Of a stretch of DNA of 51,576 bases, positions 17,591 through 26,920 are shown piece after piece. A program made the translations under genes and the position numbers. This DNA is from Candidatus Poribacteria bacterium (GTDB lineage: Bacteria > Poribacteria > WGA-4E > PCPOR2b), in assembly GCA_022567695.1 (NCBI GenBank), contig JADFGN010000001.1:1-51576 (forward strand), given 5' to 3'. The first letter of the stretch is position 1; each line of letters starts with the position of its first letter. The notes beneath the pieces are model-generated. The model did no database searches. It was not told the DNA's origin and saw nothing but the letters and a program-made list of their open reading frames with translations.

Positions 17591-19228
17591 CTACCAACCC
17601 ACCGCATACCCATCCCGCCGCGGATCGGAACCGCCGATAAGCGCGTTCGAGTCGGGGTGGATGAGAATCATCTGGGCACTACCGGGACCGCCCCAATCAC
17701 CTAACACCTGAAGTTCATGCCCCTTCTGTGCGAGTCCCTCGCGCATCTCTTCAGGAAATCGACCTTCAAGTTGAAGCATGTCATCGCAGGTGTGCGGGAC
17801 CGTTGATTCCATCGGATTCTGCAAACTACGCCAGCGCGGTGCGCCGACAGCTTCCTGCGGGTTCATGCCAAAATCGATGACGTGGGTGATCAGTTGAAGA
17901 TTGGTCTGCACCTGCGTATCGGCTCCTGGCGTGCCGCAGACGAGGAAAGGCTTGTTATCTTTGGTGACTATAACGGGGTTCATGGTATGACGCACCCGCT
18001 TGCCGGGCATGAGGCAGTTGGGATGGTCGGCATCAAGGTGCCAGTAGGTCATGCGATTGTTGAGAAGAATGCCAGTGTTTCCAGCAATTAAGCTCGAGCC
18101 AAATCCAGACTGGATGCTCTGTAGCATGCAAACGGCATTTCCCCACCGATCGGCGGTGCAGAAACAGGTCGTGTCCTCAAACTGTTCAGGCAATCCTGCG
18201 GGTACATCCGTTGCGGCCCGATTGAGATTGATACGTTTAGCCTGTTCAGCAGCATACGCCTTGGATAACATACCTTTCATCGGAACATCTACCCAATCCG
18301 GGTCGGCCATGTATTTTTCCCGATCGGCGAAAGAGAGCTTTTTCGCTTCAACCATCAGGTGGACGCTCTCCGCCGTGTTGCAACCCATCGAATCCAAATC
18401 GAAAAGCTCAACGATGTTCAATTCTTGCAACAAGATATGCCCGCTCGAATTGGGAGGCATTTCATACACCTCGTATCCTCGGTAGTTCGTGTGGATAGGT
18501 TCTACCCATCGGGCGTGGTAATCGGCGAGGTCTTTCTCCGTCAACAGTCCGTTATATGCGTCGCTGAACTCCACGATTGCTTTGGCAATTTCGCCTTCGT
18601 AGAGCGTTCCTCGACCCTCCGCGGCGATCTTGCGCAGGGTTACGGCAAGGTCTTTATTGTAAAGAATTTCTCCGACTCTAATCGGTTCGCCATCATTTGT
18701 AAACACCGCTCGTGTGTATGGGTTTGCGGCGAAGCGCGGATTCTCGCCTTTGATTCCACCCGCAAGTTTGTAGCTCACCGGAAAACCGTTCTCGCACAGC
18801 GAGATTGCCGGGGCGAAAACCTTATCGAGTTTGAGCGCCCCGTAACGTTCATGAGCAATGAGCCAACCATCGACGATTCCGGGCACTGAAACGCTACGAA
18901 TGCCTTTCATGGGAATGCCGCCGTCTTTGAGGTACAATTCACGGGTTGCCGCATAAGGCGCGGGGCCCGTTGCATTTACACCTGCCAGAGTGCCTGTTTC
19001 CGCGCAATAAATCAGGATAAATCCATCTCCGCCGACGCCAGAACCTGTGGGTTCAACGACACCTAACGCTGCCGCCGTTGCGATTGCGGCGTCAATCGCG
19101 TTGCCACCTTCCATCATCACTTGAATCCCCGCTTGTGAGGCGAGCGAATGTCCTGATGTCACCATGCCGTTTCTGCCCATAACTGGTGGTCTAAATGCTG
19201 TGGATTTAATACCGTGGGGAGATTGCAT
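17591..19228 (-). CDS. ggt: Gamma-glutamyltransferase
   Basis: 545 aa. It has GGNAIDAAIATAAALGVVEP and an autoprocessing Thr region DTTCFCTADRWGNAV. A GGAGG SD lies upstream. Confidence 0.9.
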   Translation of the reverse strand: MQSPHGIKSTAFRPPVMGRNGMVTSGHSLASQAGIQVMMEGGNAIDAAIATAAALGVVEPTGSGVGGDGFILIYCAETGTLAGVNATGPAPYAATRELYLKDGGIPMKGIRSVSVPGIVDGWLIAHERYGALKLDKVFAPAISLCENGFPVSYKLAGGIKGENPRFAANPYTRAVFTNDGEPIRVGEILYNKDLAVTLRKIAAEGRGTLYEGEIAKAIVEFSDAYNGLLTEKDLADYHARWVEPIHTNYRGYEVYEMPPNSSGHILLQELNIVELFDLDSMGCNTAESVHLMVEAKKLSFADREKYMADPDWVDVPMKGMLSKAYAAEQAKRINLNRAATDVPAGLPEQFEDTTCFCTADRWGNAVCMLQSIQSGFGSSLIAGNTGILLNNRMTYWHLDADHPNCLMPGKRVRHTMNPVIVTKDNKPFLVCGTPGADTQVQTNLQLITHVIDFGMNPQEAVGAPRWRSLQNPMESTVPHTCDDMLQLEGRFPEEMREGLAQKGHELQVLGDWGGPGSAQMILIHPDSNALIGGSDPRRDGYAVGW

Positions 19229-19347
19229 AGCCTGTCCTCCGTGAAATGTGATGCGTATTGTGATGTAAGTTCTTCGGCGAGTAGCTTACCTTATAGCCAT
19301 CGCCATGTCAAAGGAAATCTGACAACTTTGATTTGTGGGAAATTAGA

Positions 19348-19376
19348 TTGACAGCGGGCGGCGACAATGCTATCTT
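19348..19376 (+). promoter_or_regulatory. Candidate promoter TTGACA-17-TATCTT
   Basis: TTGACAgcgggcggcgacaatgcTATCTT, 26 nt upstream of the ATG at 19402. Confidence 0.4.
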
Positions 19377-19401
19377 TATTGGCATAGGTAAGGAGTTTGC
19401 G

Positions 19402-19761
19402 ATGAGACTATGTTACAAAAATGCCTTTCTGCTCTGCGTCTTGCTTTTCGCAGGTTGTGGCACAACATACCAATCTGGAGAACGGATAACGGCAAGAAGC
19501 ACAAATCCCTACTTTGAGCTAGGGAACATCCATCTCAAGCAAAAGCAGTATCACAAAGCAATCGAACAGTATCAGCAGGCATTGCGAATCCATCCCGACT
19601 CTGCGATTATACACGTGGCACTCGGATGGGCATACTACAATGTGGGAATGTTTGACGCAGCAATCGCGGAAGGCGAGGAAGTCATGCGCTTGGAACCGAA
19701 CCATCCAGATGTACCGAAGTTGATGGAATTGCTCCGACAGTTGCGAAATCGCCGAAGGTAG
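19402..19761 (+). CDS. TPR-repeat lipoprotein
   Basis: ATG at 19402 with an AGGAG SD. The lipobox is LLFAGCG. TPR-like repeats are present (YHKAIEQYQQALRIHPDSA...). Confidence 0.7.
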   Translation: MRLCYKNAFLLCVLLFAGCGTTYQSGERITARSTNPYFELGNIHLKQKQYHKAIEQYQQALRIHPDSAIIHVALGWAYYNVGMFDAAIAEGEEVMRLEPNHPDVPKLMELLRQLRNRRR

Positions 19762-19785
19762 TATACTGTAAAGCAAGTTTTTATT

Positions 19786-19841
19786 GTAGTGACGACTTTA
19801 GTCGTTGATGATGCCGCAAAAGCGACTAAAGTCGCCACTAC
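19786..19841. repeat. REP-like palindrome, family A (GTAGTGACGACTTTAGTCG ... CGACTAAAGTCGCCACTAC)
   Basis: 19-nt arms with one mismatch, lying between convergent genes. A second copy is at 43725-43779. Confidence 0.65.
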
Positions 19842-19860
19842 GAATTTTCTACAGGTTTCA

Positions 19861-20751
19861 TTAGCTTGTTAAGGTTTTGACAAAGTAGCTCATAAACCTC
19901 TCGGCATCTACATCAACACAAACCGACGTATTCGGCTCACCACGGACCGGGACGGTTGCGCCACGCAAATGGTCAGCGCGGGTTTCAACTTCGATTCGCA
20001 TTTCGCGTTGTTGGCAGAAAGTGGAATCTATCATCATTGCAACTGCGAGTGGGTCGTGAAGTGTGGGGCGTGGCTCCGGATTATCGCCACCCCACAGGTG
20101 AATCAAATCAAAGCAGATCTGGTTAATTGGGCGATTCACGGCACCAATTGTTTTCACCTGATCGCAGGTCATGACGCATTTAGTTGTAACATCAAGCCCG
20201 ACCATTGTGATGGGTACACCTGTGCCAAAGACAACCCGTGTGGCTTCAGGGTCGCATAGCGCATTCCATTCTGGTTGTACCCGATCCGTTGTTCCACCCA
20301 TCATGCAGATTTTTGCCTTCTCCGCCAAGTGTGGCTCGGTGATAAATGCCACAGCAATGTTCGTCAATGGGCCAATAGGTACAAGCGTAATATCGCCATC
20401 GCCTGCCATAATTGTTTCAATAATGAAATCAACGGCGCGCTCGGGCTGTGGCTTAATCGACGGTTGCTGTTTCTTCAAAATATCCATCTGACGCGGATGA
20501 TGGTTGGCGGCAACTCTTTCCCAATCTGGAATCGATTGAAGGAGAGTTTTACCGATTCCTGCATAGACGGGAATATCTGGTCTGCCGAGCGTTTCCAACA
20601 CACAACAGGCAAGTTCTGCACGTTGCGCTGCGTTTTTGAAGACGGTTGTTACACCGAGCAATTCAATCTCGCCACTCATGATGGCAAATGTTAAGGCAAG
20701 TGCATCGTCAATATCGTCACCAATATCTGTATCCAGTATTATTTTCTGCAT
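19861..20751 (-). CDS. Nucleoside hydrolase (IUNH family)
   Basis: The N-terminal motif is IILDTDIGDDIDDALAL. The ATG at 20751 has a GGAG SD. The ORF track's start at 20778 lies further upstream. Confidence 0.85.
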   Translation of the reverse strand: MQKIILDTDIGDDIDDALALTFAIMSGEIELLGVTTVFKNAAQRAELACCVLETLGRPDIPVYAGIGKTLLQSIPDWERVAANHHPRQMDILKKQQPSIKPQPERAVDFIIETIMAGDGDITLVPIGPLTNIAVAFITEPHLAEKAKICMMGGTTDRVQPEWNALCDPEATRVVFGTGVPITMVGLDVTTKCVMTCDQVKTIGAVNRPINQICFDLIHLWGGDNPEPRPTLHDPLAVAMMIDSTFCQQREMRIEVETRADHLRGATVPVRGEPNTSVCVDVDAERFMSYFVKTLTS

Positions 20752-20852
20752 ATTTTCTCCAAAGAATAAAGGGTTCAATCAAGATTGTGAAAAGTTTACC
20801 AGAAGTCGATAAAACCATCCAGCCTTTTTTCCAAACTTGAAAGGGGTTTACG

Positions 20853-21341
20853 ATGCCTGTAATAATCCCAATAGTTGTTTTTAGCGTCATGTTTGCAATC
20901 ACAGGTATGATTGGCTCCTCCATCATGAAAACTTGGAGAGGGTACTGGCACAACCTAAAGCGTTCGAGGGAAACGACTTCTGCCCGCGTGGTAGATAAAC
21001 GTCATGCGGTGAAAATTTCAAGGTCTGTTCGTTCAGTGGTCGGAGGAAACCATCGCCACGTATACTACTACGTGACCTTTGAATTTCGGAATGGTCACCG
21101 CCGAGAGTTTATAGTCGATGCAGACAAATACAGCGTTCTGATGGCTGGTGATAAAGGGGATCTTGTTTACCAAGGGGCGTGGTTTTTAAGTTTTACACGA
21201 GGTCGTCAGACTATAGCAAGTGCGCCGCAGAAAGGAGCACTTGTGGGATTACTCTTGATTTCTACATTCATGTTGTTTTTCATCGTATTTGCGGTGTTCA
21301 TGTTTTCTAAATTTCTGGAGTTCAGAAGATTCGGATTTTAA
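20853..21341 (+). CDS. DUF2500-family membrane protein
   Basis: N- and C-terminal TM segments. The core YYVTFEFRNGHRREF...GDKGDLVYQGAWFLSF matches DUF2500. Confidence 0.65.
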   Translation: MPVIIPIVVFSVMFAITGMIGSSIMKTWRGYWHNLKRSRETTSARVVDKRHAVKISRSVRSVVGGNHRHVYYYVTFEFRNGHRREFIVDADKYSVLMAGDKGDLVYQGAWFLSFTRGRQTIASAPQKGALVGLLLISTFMLFFIVFAVFMFSKFLEFRRFGF

Positions 21342-21354
21342 GGAGGGCGTCTTA

Positions 21355-22161
21355 ATGAAGATTGGTGCTTCTACAATTTCCCATCGTGACTGTCCGCTCG
21401 ATCGGACGATGTTTCAGGAATTTCAACAAGCTGGTATTGAATCACTCGAATTGACCGACTATCATCCCGACTTTTCATACACAGATACAGCGGCGTTTGC
21501 AACGCTGAAAACAGCGATGAGCGATCTGTCGGTGCATCTCAATTCGCTTCACATTCACCTTGAGATATTCGATAGCGATTTTGATCTAGCGACCCTTAAT
21601 CGTGTACAGCGAGAAAAGACGCTGACAGCGTACCGTCAAGCTGTTGATGTGATGGGAGTCTTGGGCGGAGGAATTTTGGTCACGCATCACATCCAGATTC
21701 CTGAACCGGATACCTCACTTCATGCGGCGAAGCGCGAGGCTTTTCTGGATAACTTGCACACAGTTGCTCAGTATGCCGCGCCACAGGAAGTTTCGTTCGC
21801 GTTGGAAAACACATCGCGTGGTTATACCCGTGAACCAACTCGCCTTGTTGAACTTATGGACGAATTGGGCGATCCGAATGTTGGCATCTGCATTGATGTG
21901 GGGCATCGCAACATCGTCGGCGATCCGGTAGAAGCACTGCAGATCGCTGGTAAACATCTCATCACGTTGCATCTGCACGACAATCGTGGGGAGCAAGATG
22001 AACACCTCCTTCCCGGACTTGGAAACATCAATTGGAACGGTGTTGTGCAAGCATTGGATGAAATTGCGTATTCAGGCGTGTTTATGCACGAACTCAGCAG
22101 ATCTGCAGATTTAGCAAACATCCGTGCAAATGCCGAACAAATTCTAAACTATGAAGCCTAA
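21355..22161 (+). CDS. Sugar phosphate isomerase/epimerase (xylose-isomerase-like TIM barrel)
   Basis: ATG at 21355 with an AGGAGG SD. Motifs are ALENTS, ICIDVGH and LHLHDN. Confidence 0.75.
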   Translation: MKIGASTISHRDCPLDRTMFQEFQQAGIESLELTDYHPDFSYTDTAAFATLKTAMSDLSVHLNSLHIHLEIFDSDFDLATLNRVQREKTLTAYRQAVDVMGVLGGGILVTHHIQIPEPDTSLHAAKREAFLDNLHTVAQYAAPQEVSFALENTSRGYTREPTRLVELMDELGDPNVGICIDVGHRNIVGDPVEALQIAGKHLITLHLHDNRGEQDEHLLPGLGNINWNGVVQALDEIAYSGVFMHELSRSADLANIRANAEQILNYEA

Positions 22162-22207
22162 ATGAAGTCAAACAATGAATTGACTAATTCACACCCAAGA
22201 GGCAGAA

Positions 22208-23137
22208 ATGTCAACGCCAAAATACCTTTATCTGACAAACATCCCCAAGCTGCACGCTGAATTGATTCGTGCGGAATGTATTGCATTAACTGGCTCTGTG
22301 CCCAACGCTGAGGGCATCGCGATTTCCGAAAAATGTGTTGATGTCAAGCGTGGCGCCTATGTTAAAAGCTGCGTGGAGATTTTGTTCGAAGGAGGAAGCG
22401 TATCAGAGATCTGTTCCCAGATTAGATCTGCAGAATTGCATGCGGAGGATTTTCGAGTATCCATCGTTAAATTGCCGCGAAATCTGAAAGTGGATTCGAT
22501 GCAAACCGCGCGTATTGTCGGCGGAGTGATAGGCGGGAAGGTGAATCTGACGCAACCGCAAGTTGTATTCTTAACGGTCATAACAAACGACAAAATCTGG
22601 CTAGGCAGGCGTTTATCTGAATCAGATGGCAAGTGGGTCGAACATAGCAAACGTCCTCATACCACGTCAAGTTCCTTACCCACGCGACTTGCAAGAGTCA
22701 TGGTCAATTTGATCGCCTCCCCAGAAGATCGGCTCCTTGATCCGTGTTGCGGTACAGGAACAATTGTGTTGGAAGCGGCACAAATGGGCATGAAGGTTGC
22801 GGGTTATGACATCAACCCGCGTATGGTTGGAGCAACAGCGAAGAATCTGGACTACTATGGGCTGAGCGGCGAAATTCACCTCGGCGACGCCCGTCGAATT
22901 TGTAGCCAATCCGACGCCGTGGCGACAGATCTGCCTTATGGAATTAATATGGTACAAAATATATTGCGCGATCGAGAAATTTTACAAAACATTCGTACAC
23001 TTGCACCCAAAGCTGCTTTTGTGGATGTGAGAGATCTTAGCAAGGAACTTATTGATTTGGGGTATCGTGTCGAAAAAGTAATTCCTGTACCGAAGCATAG
23101 CATTCTTCGCCGAATCTTCCTTACAGCAACTCAGTAA
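22208..23137 (+). CDS. SAM-dependent N-methyltransferase, Trm11/UPF0020-like (RNA or DNA)
   Basis: Motif I is DPCCGTGTIVLEAA and motif IV is ATDLPYG. Confidence 0.65.
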   Translation: MSTPKYLYLTNIPKLHAELIRAECIALTGSVPNAEGIAISEKCVDVKRGAYVKSCVEILFEGGSVSEICSQIRSAELHAEDFRVSIVKLPRNLKVDSMQTARIVGGVIGGKVNLTQPQVVFLTVITNDKIWLGRRLSESDGKWVEHSKRPHTTSSSLPTRLARVMVNLIASPEDRLLDPCCGTGTIVLEAAQMGMKVAGYDINPRMVGATAKNLDYYGLSGEIHLGDARRICSQSDAVATDLPYGINMVQNILRDREILQNIRTLAPKAAFVDVRDLSKELIDLGYRVEKVIPVPKHSILRRIFLTATQ

Positions 23138-23236
23138 ATTGTGTGCTTCATTGTCGGTTCTTCATTGCGATTCCATCATGCGCACGTGCTATATCTCAGA
23201 GGCTTACGAGCCACGTCGGAAAAATTATGGAGCTTG

Positions 23237-23330
23237 TAAGTACCTGGACAGATATTTTTGCATATTTTTTAATCGATAGACCCGGGTGGAGCATAACCCT
23301 GCCCTACGAAAACTTATGTCCAGGTACTTA
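23237..23330 (+). repeat. Long-range 14-bp inverted repeat immediately upstream of the ATG at 23335
   Basis: TAAGTACCTGGACA (23237-23250) pairs with TGTCCAGGTACTTA (23317-23330), with 66 nt between. The right arm covers the only SD-like AGGT. Confidence 0.5.
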
Positions 23331-23334
23331 ACAG

Positions 23335-24219
23335 ATGAAAAAAAACGTTAGGTTTGCAGTTGTTGCGCAGCTCTTGTTATTATTCATTGCATGCGACCAG
23401 CCGAAGTTTCCGATTGATCGTTACTATGATTATGATTCCACTTTTCCATTGGAAGATTCGGTGCGAATTGAAACAGAGACAGATGAATATGTGATGTATT
23501 ATGTGACATACCGGAGTTTTCACGATGCAATGGTCACTGGCTTGTTAACCATTCCGAAGAACGCCTCTGCGCCAGTCCCTACAATTATTTTCCTGCATGG
23601 CATCCAAAATCACAAGCAAACCGATTATATGGAAGTCGGACACCAATATTTTATAGCAAGTGGATACGCGGTGATGCGAATTGATATTGCCAATCATGGC
23701 GACCGTAAAATTCACGATTATGACTTTGGTTTGACAGAAGGCTATCGTTACTGGACAAGGGATATAGCCGCTCAGACGGTCTTCGATTTACGCCGCGCCA
23801 CAGATTTTCTTCAAACACAGTCAGAAATCGATAGCGAGAGAATTGGATTTTTTGGCATAAGCCTCGGTGGGATTATCGGGACGGTTTTCTGTGGTGTAGA
23901 TAAACGTATTAAAGTCCCTGTGATTGCTTTGGCTGGAGGCGGCATGCATTTGGCATTTAAATTGAAGGCATTTGCGCCAGAAACCCGCATTTTTTTGAGC
24001 ATTATCGACCCCATCAACTTTGTCGAAAAGATAGCTCCTCGGCCTTTGTTGATGCTCAATGCTGAAAACGACGAAGTGGTGTCACCTTTGACGAGCCGAA
24101 ACTTATATCGAAAAGCCGGACACCCGAAAAAAATCGTCTGGTACCCAACAAAGCATGGCGATGTTCCTTTGAATCAAGCCTTTCCAGAAGCGATTAAATG
24201 GTTTAAAGAGCATTTGTAG
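23335..24219 (+). CDS. Alpha/beta hydrolase (dienelactone hydrolase/S9-like) lipoprotein
   Basis: The lipobox is LLLFIACD. The nucleophile elbow is GISLGG, and Asp/His are present downstream. Confidence 0.7.
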   Translation: MKKNVRFAVVAQLLLLFIACDQPKFPIDRYYDYDSTFPLEDSVRIETETDEYVMYYVTYRSFHDAMVTGLLTIPKNASAPVPTIIFLHGIQNHKQTDYMEVGHQYFIASGYAVMRIDIANHGDRKIHDYDFGLTEGYRYWTRDIAAQTVFDLRRATDFLQTQSEIDSERIGFFGISLGGIIGTVFCGVDKRIKVPVIALAGGGMHLAFKLKAFAPETRIFLSIIDPINFVEKIAPRPLLMLNAENDEVVSPLTSRNLYRKAGHPKKIVWYPTKHGDVPLNQAFPEAIKWFKEHL

Positions 24220-24248
24220 GACGATTTTTCACATCTGTGGAAGATCGA
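24216..24248. repeat. REP-like element, family C (GTAGGACGATTTTT...)
   Basis: GTAGGACGATTTTTC...GAAGATCG is an imperfect palindrome. Its head overlaps the TAG stop codon at 24217-24219. Confidence 0.35.
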
Positions 24249-24270
24249 TGATGAAGCTTATGACCTCAAA

Positions 24271-24291
24271 GGGGCCATAAAAAAAAGCCCC
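24271..24291. terminator. Weak bidirectional hairpin between convergent genes
   Basis: GGGGC/GCCCC with an A8/T8 loop. On the minus strand it is followed by TTT. Confidence 0.3.
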
Positions 24292-24340
24292 CAATTACTT
24301 GAGAGCCTTCTCCCCGGTTCTACTTGTTTATTTGTTTATT

Positions 24341-24550
24341 CTACCAACCTGAAACTTTTCTGACTTCTTCTGCCTGAAGCCCTTTTGGACCCTGCACGAT
24401 ATTGAATTCAACCTCTTCACCTTCGTTGAGAGTTTTGAATCCCTCTCCGGCAATGGCTGAGTAATGCACGAAGACATCTTCACCTTCATCAGGGCTGATG
24501 AATCCGTAGCCTTTTGACTCGTTGAACCATTTGACTTTCCCTGTTGCCAT
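24341..24550 (-). CDS. csp: Cold-shock protein (CspA family)
   Basis: 69 aa. The sequence [18 protein letters not shown]...DVFVHYSAI contains the RNP1 and RNP2 motifs. Confidence 0.95.
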   Translation of the reverse strand: MATGKVKWFNESKGYGFISPDEGEDVFVHYSAIAGEGFKTLNEGEEVEFNIVQGPKGLQAEEVRKVSGW

Positions 24551-24712
24551 CGGTTTGTACCTCCTTTCTTAAAGAATCTTACTGCAAATGAAAATTAAGT
24601 CTTAAAGCTGAGAGGTACAAAATACAGCATACTGCCCGGGGAAAATGCTTCCGTTTTGAACCTAACACTACTTTTTGAACTTCCTTTAATCCATTTTACA
24701 GTTACCGCCGTA

Positions 24713-24741
24713 ATTATACTTAACTCAGTCGCGAAAATCAA
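24713..24741 (-). promoter_or_regulatory. Sigma70-type promoter TTGATT-17-TATAAT for csp
   Basis: The minus strand reads TTGATTttcgcgactgagttaagTATAAT. This implies a 5'UTR of about 155 nt, typical of cold-shock genes. Confidence 0.6.
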
Positions 24742-24837
24742 GGCATATTCGAGAAAAATCGCACAAAAATCAGTTCCTCTGACTCGTTCCTCTGTGATTT
24801 GCCGCAGGTGAGTTGGCGAATTAAATAAGTTCGTGAC

Positions 24838-25509
24838 TTACCTTTCACGCAACGCAAATACCGCTCGATAGATCTCTCGACCTTCCTTGACATACTTCAT
24901 CTCAAAGTTCGTCGGAATGTGCTCCATTTCCATAGAATCCGGTGGCACGTAAAACAAAGGCGGGGGTTGAGTAAGTCTGTCGTGAATTTCGTGGAAATAC
25001 TCAGCGTAATCTGTGGCGATATGAATTTGACCACCGTTAGGTTGGAGTGTCCGAATCAAACCTTGAATCCAAAGATCATTGTTAAAGATTCGGCGTTTGC
25101 GCTGGCGTTTCTTTGGCCACGGATCTGGGAAGTAGACATGGTATGCTTTGACAGAGTTATCTGCGACATAGCAATTCACAAAGTAGGGCGCATCACTCCA
25201 AACGATGAGCACTTTCTTCGCGTTATGTTTCAGCAGACGTTCTCTTGTGTGCTGAACATATTTCGGCGCTCTCTCTATACCGACATAATTAATCTCAGGG
25301 CATCGTTTTGAAGCTTCGAGTAAGAAACGTCCCTTACCGCAACCAACTTCAATTTCGACCGGATTGTCGTTTCCAAAGACCATCCGCCAATCAATTGGTG
25401 GGTCAATATCGCTGAGTTTAATTTCGGTCTCATTCCAAAGCGTGATGAGGCGAGATTCAATTTGCGTGAATTCATAATATGTGTCGTTGTATTTTGGTTT
25501 TTCAGTCAT
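24838..25509 (-). CDS. trmB: tRNA (guanine-N7)-methyltransferase
   Basis: Motifs EIEVGCGKGRFLLE and FPDPWPKKRQRKRR. The ATG at 25509 has an AAAGGA SD. The ORF track's start at 25524 is GTG. Confidence 0.9.
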   Translation of the reverse strand: MTEKPKYNDTYYEFTQIESRLITLWNETEIKLSDIDPPIDWRMVFGNDNPVEIEVGCGKGRFLLEASKRCPEINYVGIERAPKYVQHTRERLLKHNAKKVLIVWSDAPYFVNCYVADNSVKAYHVYFPDPWPKKRQRKRRIFNNDLWIQGLIRTLQPNGGQIHIATDYAEYFHEIHDRLTQPPPLFYVPPDSMEMEHIPTNFEMKYVKEGREIYRAVFALRER

Positions 25510-26911
25510 GGTTTTTCCTTTCACGTTTCACGCCTCGTCTATCAAATCGCAAGTTTCTCACACGTCCTCCTGTCAACCGAAACCCCGTGATCTTTCCATT
25601 ATCGTCTCGCATGAAATGAACTTGCGGGAAAAACCACTCTGCTCCGACAAAGCCATCTCCGGTATAAGTCAGCGGGATGTCGTCGTTCCGCCGATGTTGC
25701 GCCACAAGCTGACCCTCTCGCACGATGATTGCATAAGTTGTATCGAGTTCTTCGCTATAGTAATCGCCGACGAATTCGGCTAACTGTTCAGCTGTAAGTG
25801 GCTCGATTGAATCTTCTGCCGTATCCGGCTCTACCGATTCTGCTTTCGATTCAGCTTCAGAAGTCAGTTGATCGGCGAGATAAATATCAGCGATCTGCCT
25901 CGCCAGATTTTGGGGTGGGAAGGAAGCCAAATTGCTCAAGATGACGACTCCAAATTTCTGATCAGGAAAACGGACAAGATGGCTGCGAAATCCTCTCCAT
26001 GACCCACTATGGTCAACTGTCCTTAGCCCTTTGTACTCTCCGATGCTCTGTCCGAAAGCGTAGGGAATTTGTTCTCCGTTATTGAGAATCCCCTGTTGGT
26101 GCATCTGCCCAATCGCAGTATGCCCACCCACTCGCTTGTCATCAAAGTTCACAATCCACTTCACCAGATCTTCTACGGTCGTGTAGAGAGAACTGGAACC
26201 GAGAGCGGTCAAGTTGTTCACGGCATTCTTGAAGCCGCCGCTTTCGACAGGTTCATAGGAGTAAGCTCTGTTTTTGACAATCATCTCGTGGTCGTCATGG
26301 AAATGGGTATTTGTCATGCCCAGCGGCTTGAAAATGTGAGCGTCTGTCCATTCACGAAATGAACTGCCCGTTATCGTTTCCACGATTTCGACGAGCAGAT
26401 TGTAGCCGGTGTTGGAATAGAGGTATTCTTCCCCGGGCTGGAAATTTAGCTCTTTCTGATGGCGTACCATTTTCAGGATATGCTTGAACGAAATCACGTC
26501 GTCCATCTGAATTCCCGCGATGACCATCGACTGCACCCAATCCCGTAACCCGCTAGTATGATGCACGAGATGCCGGATTGTAATCGTGTTGCCAAAACCG
26601 GGGAGATCGGGCAGGTATTTGCGGATGTCGTCGTCGAGCGAAAGTTCTCCTCCATGAAATAGCGTGGCAATGGCAAAGCCCGCAAATTGCTTGGATACCG
26701 AGGCGATGTCGAAAATCGTTGATGGCGTAATTGGAATGTCGTATTCCAGATTCGCCATACCGTATCCGCATTTGTAAGCGATGACGCCATCTTTGATAAT
26801 CGCTAACGCAGCACCGGGAGAATCAGGCTTGTTCCATTCAGCAAATAATCCATCTACTCGTGTTTCAAGAGCGTCGGACTTTGTCATGGCTGTCTTCTTT
26901 TCAAGCTTCAC
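25502..26911 (-). CDS. Serine hydrolase, beta-lactamase (class C/PBP-like) family
   Basis: 469 aa with the SxxK motif SVSKQF and a YSN motif. There is a C-terminal extension domain. Confidence 0.8.
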   Translation of the reverse strand: MKLEKKTAMTKSDALETRVDGLFAEWNKPDSPGAALAIIKDGVIAYKCGYGMANLEYDIPITPSTIFDIASVSKQFAGFAIATLFHGGELSLDDDIRKYLPDLPGFGNTITIRHLVHHTSGLRDWVQSMVIAGIQMDDVISFKHILKMVRHQKELNFQPGEEYLYSNTGYNLLVEIVETITGSSFREWTDAHIFKPLGMTNTHFHDDHEMIVKNRAYSYEPVESGGFKNAVNNLTALGSSSLYTTVEDLVKWIVNFDDKRVGGHTAIGQMHQQGILNNGEQIPYAFGQSIGEYKGLRTVDHSGSWRGFRSHLVRFPDQKFGVVILSNLASFPPQNLARQIADIYLADQLTSEAESKAESVEPDTAEDSIEPLTAEQLAEFVGDYYSEELDTTYAIIVREGQLVAQHRRNDDIPLTYTGDGFVGAEWFFPQVHFMRDDNGKITGFRLTGGRVRNLRFDRRGVKRERKNHD

Positions 26912-26920
26912 AATACGACT

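Noticed and set aside
25517-25531. Shared 13-14-mer CCTTCACGTTTCAC at 25517, 31266 and (reverse, variant) 41596 as a regulatory box
   Set aside because: One copy lies in coding sequence, and there are only three imperfect occurrences in different contexts. This is insufficient to separate from chance.
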